This document shows, one piece after another, positions 59,923 through 64,000 of a DNA stretch of 64,000 nucleotides (positions within the stretch are counted from its first letter, which is position 1; each line of letters begins with the position of its first letter). The notes beneath the pieces are model-generated. The model searched no databases. It was given only the letters and a program-made list of their open reading frames with translations, and was not told the origin of the DNA. Origin of the DNA: a virus (Duplodnaviria; Caudoviricetes). A program made the translations under genes and the position numbers. The stretch lies in IMG/VR virus record IMGVR_UViG_3300021400_000103; one strand, given 5' to 3'.

Positions 59923-62900
59923 CTACTACCTGGAGGAATAAAACAGTTATTTAGCGATAATCCAATTGGAACAAACGAAGATAATATTGGGCTTATGCAA
60001 GCATATGATATGCTTCGTAATAGTAACGGGCAAGGTTTTACAAGCAACGACGGCAGTAAAGTAATCAAGTCTGTTGATGATTTAAAACAGCTCGCAAAGG
60101 AATTGGGTGGATGTGATGACGAGGCATTAAAATTCTTAGACACTTGCGAAAAGATACCGGAAACTATCAAAGAAGGCGAAACGGCGTCTGAAGCATTTGC
60201 AAGAACGTATGGCAGTGGAATAAAGAACCTTGGTTCCAGCATTGCAAAACTTGGTAAAACCATCTTGTCATCTCTTGGTAAAGCAGCTCTTTCTGCTGGT
60301 ATAACATGGTTGGCGACTACCGGCATAGAATTAGTTGCCAAAGGTGTTGGCTGGTTATGGGACGAGGTACTTACCGATAACGCCGAAAGAGAACGTAGAA
60401 CACAGGCGGTAACATCAACAAGCGAGAATATTAAGACATATCAGCAAAATACAGAAGTCGTTGATGACGCTATAAAGAAGTACGAAGAACTTAATAAAAA
60501 GATAAACGAAACCAACATAACGTTTGAAGAAGAAGTTGGGTATCGTAAAGAATTAAACGAGTTACAAAAAAGCTTAAATGAAAAATTTGGCACTGCAGCA
60601 GAAGGACTTGATCTTGTTAATAAGGGATACGAAGGCCAGATTAAAGCGTTAAAAGAACTCCGAAAAGAACAAGCGAGAACTTTCTTGTATGACTCAAAGA
60701 CCGGTGCGTTAATTTCAAAAGATGGAAGTACTGACTTTCAACGTAATCTTGATTTGATAAATCAAAAAGTAGAACATGCTGTAGCCTCACTAAATACTGG
60801 TGCATCTGATACTCTAAACGAATATACCGGAGTTGATATACAATCTATAATAGATAAATATCCGCAGTTGAGACAAGCAATAATTGGAGGAGGTGCAGAA
60901 CTTACAAAATTCCAGTTTTCTCTTGATCCAAATTTAACGCAAAAAGAAGCGGATGAAATCCTAACAAGATTATATGAGGAACTTGACAAACAGTTTCCAG
61001 ATAATCCAGCGGTTCAAGAGTTTAAAAAAACATTGCAAGAATCTCTTAATCCTGGATATGACTCATCTCAGTATTATACCGCTGTTGAGAATTCAAAACA
61101 AACAATACGTAATATTCTTGCCTACAATTCAGACGATGGAGAAGATATATTAACAAAACTTGAAAATGCTACCAATGCGTATAACACAGCTTTGGCTAGA
61201 TATGAAAAAGATAATACGGCTAAGAATAAAGAGGAACTTGATGAAGCCAAGAAAAATCTTGATGAGATATCAAACACCGCAGAAACTATATTGACTGATT
61301 CTAATTCATATGAACATCGATTAATTAGCAGCAGAACTGGTGGTCTCGATGTGTATGGTCAAATGATAAATGAGATCCAGGATAAAAAGAGCGGCGGTGT
61401 TAATGGTCGTATACTTGGAATGTTTGATGGTCGCCTCGAAATGTTTGGAAAGCTTAGAAGTGAGCTTGATAAGATGACAGACGAGGAAAAACTTGCATTA
61501 GAGGTAGAACTTGATGGGAATTCAGAAGTTGTTACGCTCGATAATTTAGATAAATTTATCAATCAGGCAAAGAAAAATGCGGCAAAGAATCCTATTGATT
61601 TGGAAGTTGGTATCAAAGCATCCGACGCCGTAGACTCTATGGCCGACATGAAGACTGCAGTGGCAAGTCTGGGCGATTTGTACGGTCAGGTTGTTAAACT
61701 TCCGGCTGATGCTACTGATGATGCGAAGTCTGCATTTGGTTTTGCGGATCCTGCTACGCTCAATAGTATTGAGTCTGCGTTCTCAAAGTTCTCAAAAGAG
61801 CTTGAGGACTCTGGAAACAAAACCGGTGCTACTCAAATTAACGAGGCACTTGAAAATCTTGAAACCACAATGCTTAAGTATCCTGGCGAGACAAAGAAAG
61901 CGGAGGATGCAATCGATGAGTTGATAGGTGCATATCTCGATCAAACATCCGCACTTAAGAATCTTAACAAAGAGAATAAGGCGTGGTCAATAGCACAGCT
62001 TGAGGCTATGGGTGTTACCAATGCAAAACAGGTCGTAGAGAGTAGATTAGCAAAAACAAACAAACAGCTCTCAAAATCCTATTCTATTCTTGAAGAGTCT
62101 ATCAAAAATTATAAAGATGCGGTTTCTCGAAATGACGAAGAAACGCAAACCAAAGAACTCGACAAGATGGCTACTGCCCTTAAAGATTTGTACAGCAACA
62201 ACGAATCAAGCGGTATTATCAATGCAGATTTTGTGAAGAATAATCTTGATCTTATACAAGCTGCTTTGGACGATACGTCTGGTAAGTTTAACGACCTTGA
62301 TCGTCTGCTCTCTCATGAGTATGTAACTAAGATTAGAACAGAAACCAACGATGATGAGTTAAGGGTAATGTTATCTGATCTTGATTTAGCGATTCAAAAT
62401 TTTGACGGTTCTTCGATTGATATTGGTACAAGTATGGATGGCGGCCCGATATTTGCAACACTTGAGGCTATTCGCAAGAGTACCAAGATGACGCTTGAAG
62501 AATTCCAACGTCTCGTCTCTGAAGCATCCGGCGGAACAATCGAGGCAAAGGCTACTTATGAGTTAAAAGACACAAACGTTGAGGTTCCTGATTTAACCGC
62601 CATTATGCATGGTAATGCAAGTAACCTTAATGGTGTTAAAAAGATGAAACTGAAGACTCGTATTCCAAAGTGGACATATGAATACACCGGTAAAGGTAGA
62701 GGTGTTACACCCACATACAAACCGTCGAGTTCCAGTTCAACTGGTAGTGGTGGCGGTGGCGGCGGATCCAGTTCTGGTTCAGATAACAAACTCCAAGAGG
62801 ATACAAAAGAAACGTTTGACTGGATTGAGGTAAAAATCAAACGCCTTGAAGAGGCTGTATCCAGATTAGATGAAATTGCTGGTAGTACATACAATAACTG

Positions 62901-64000
62901 GACTAAGCGTAATAAGGCTCTGAGAGACGAAATCGGTAAATTAACCGAAGAGATTGAAGCTCAGGAACATGCACAGAAGCGTTATCTGGAAAATGCTAAT
63001 AGTCTGAAAAATTCAAATGTCAACATTAAACCAACTGAGGAAGAATCTGGAAGTAAGAAGCAGTATCAGTATGACCTTGGTAAATATAATGCTGCAGAGA
63101 AAGAATGGAATTCTGGTAAGTATCAAAAACTGATTCGTGAGGGTAAGTTAGGAAAGGATGATATTGAGAGGATTCAAAATAAGTATCTTGTCGAATTAAT
63201 CAACCAATATACAGAATTATACCAGAAATCAGTCGATGCGGGTGTTGCGGCAAACACTTTGCGAGAAACACGAAAAAGTAAGTATGCTGAACAGTTCAAT
63301 AACATTAAAGCCGAATTCGAAGGTATTATCAGTTTATTTGAAGATGCTTCTACTATTATCGACAAACAGATTGAGCGCACTGAAGAACATGGTTATTTTG
63401 TAGCTTCAAACTATTATAAGAAACAGAAGGAACTTACAGAGAAGGTACTCGCAGACCAACGTTCGGAATATGCAAAACTCGTAAAAGCAAGAGATGAAGC
63501 TGTAGAGCAAGGAAAGATTGATAAATACAGTGAAGAATGGTATACCATGACGAATGACATTAATGCCGTAGAAGCTGCTATCAACGACTCCGCTACTGCT
63601 CTTGTCAAGTTTGATAATCAACTTCGTCAGCTCAAGTGGGATGCATTTGACTATGCTCTCGGGCGATTAGATATGATCACCACAGAGGCTGAGTTCCTGA
63701 ATGACCTGCTTAATTCGCAACCGTTATTCGAGGAGGATGGTAACTTTACCGATCGTGGTCAGACTTCTGCTACTCTTATTGGCATCCAGTTTGACACTGC
63801 CATGAAGAAAGCCCAGGAATATGGTAAGGCGATTAAAGAAGTTCAAGCCGATCTTGCGAAAGACCCGAACAACAAAAACTACCTTGAACAGCAAGAAGAA
63901 CTTATCAAAGCACAACAGGATGAGATTAAGAACGCTAAGTCTCTGAAAGAGGCGTATAAGGATCTTGCAAGCGAAGGTATTAATAAGAATCTGGAGTTCC
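59923..64000 (+). CDS. tape measure protein, exon 3 (runs off window)
   Basis: Open frame from LLPGGIKQ to the window end; ETFDWIEV motif. Confidence 0.85.

Overview
The window is 64 kb of a large SPbeta-like tailed phage or prophage of a Firmicutes host (GGAGG ribosome-binding sites, CGAAC-N4-GTTCG LexA boxes; a Clostridia-like gut host is an inference). From 1 to 17.8 kb there are about 50 small leftward accessory genes. Over the first 7 kb almost every gene boundary carries a palindromic TNAAA-N6-TTTNA site directly before the RBS, which looks like a gene-cassette array. A structured non-coding region with two tRNA-like elements lies at 16.5-17.4 kb. Transcription switches strand near 18 kb, where two LexA-boxed sigma-A promoters point right. 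The rightward arm encodes a YonO-like single-subunit RNA polymerase, HU, a metallophosphoesterase, a degenerate tRNA-Met, terminase, portal, a candidate structured ncRNA of about 620 nt, head and tail genes, a cysteine desulfurase, a tyrosine recombinase, a holin, a RuvC-like resolvase, a six-gene Gln/Gly/Cys-rich cassette and a giant tape measure gene that runs off the window. Five group I introns could be placed by P1/P10 pairing and reading-frame restoration: one each in TerL, a head-tail gene and the major tail gene, and two in the tape measure gene. Three carry homing endonucleases (GIY-YIG, LAGLIDADG, HNH) and one has no ORF. The fifth carries an antisense cargo operon (Zn-ribbon gene plus a type I toxin-like peptide) opposed by an sRNA. 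All calls are by eye; no searches or folding programs were run.
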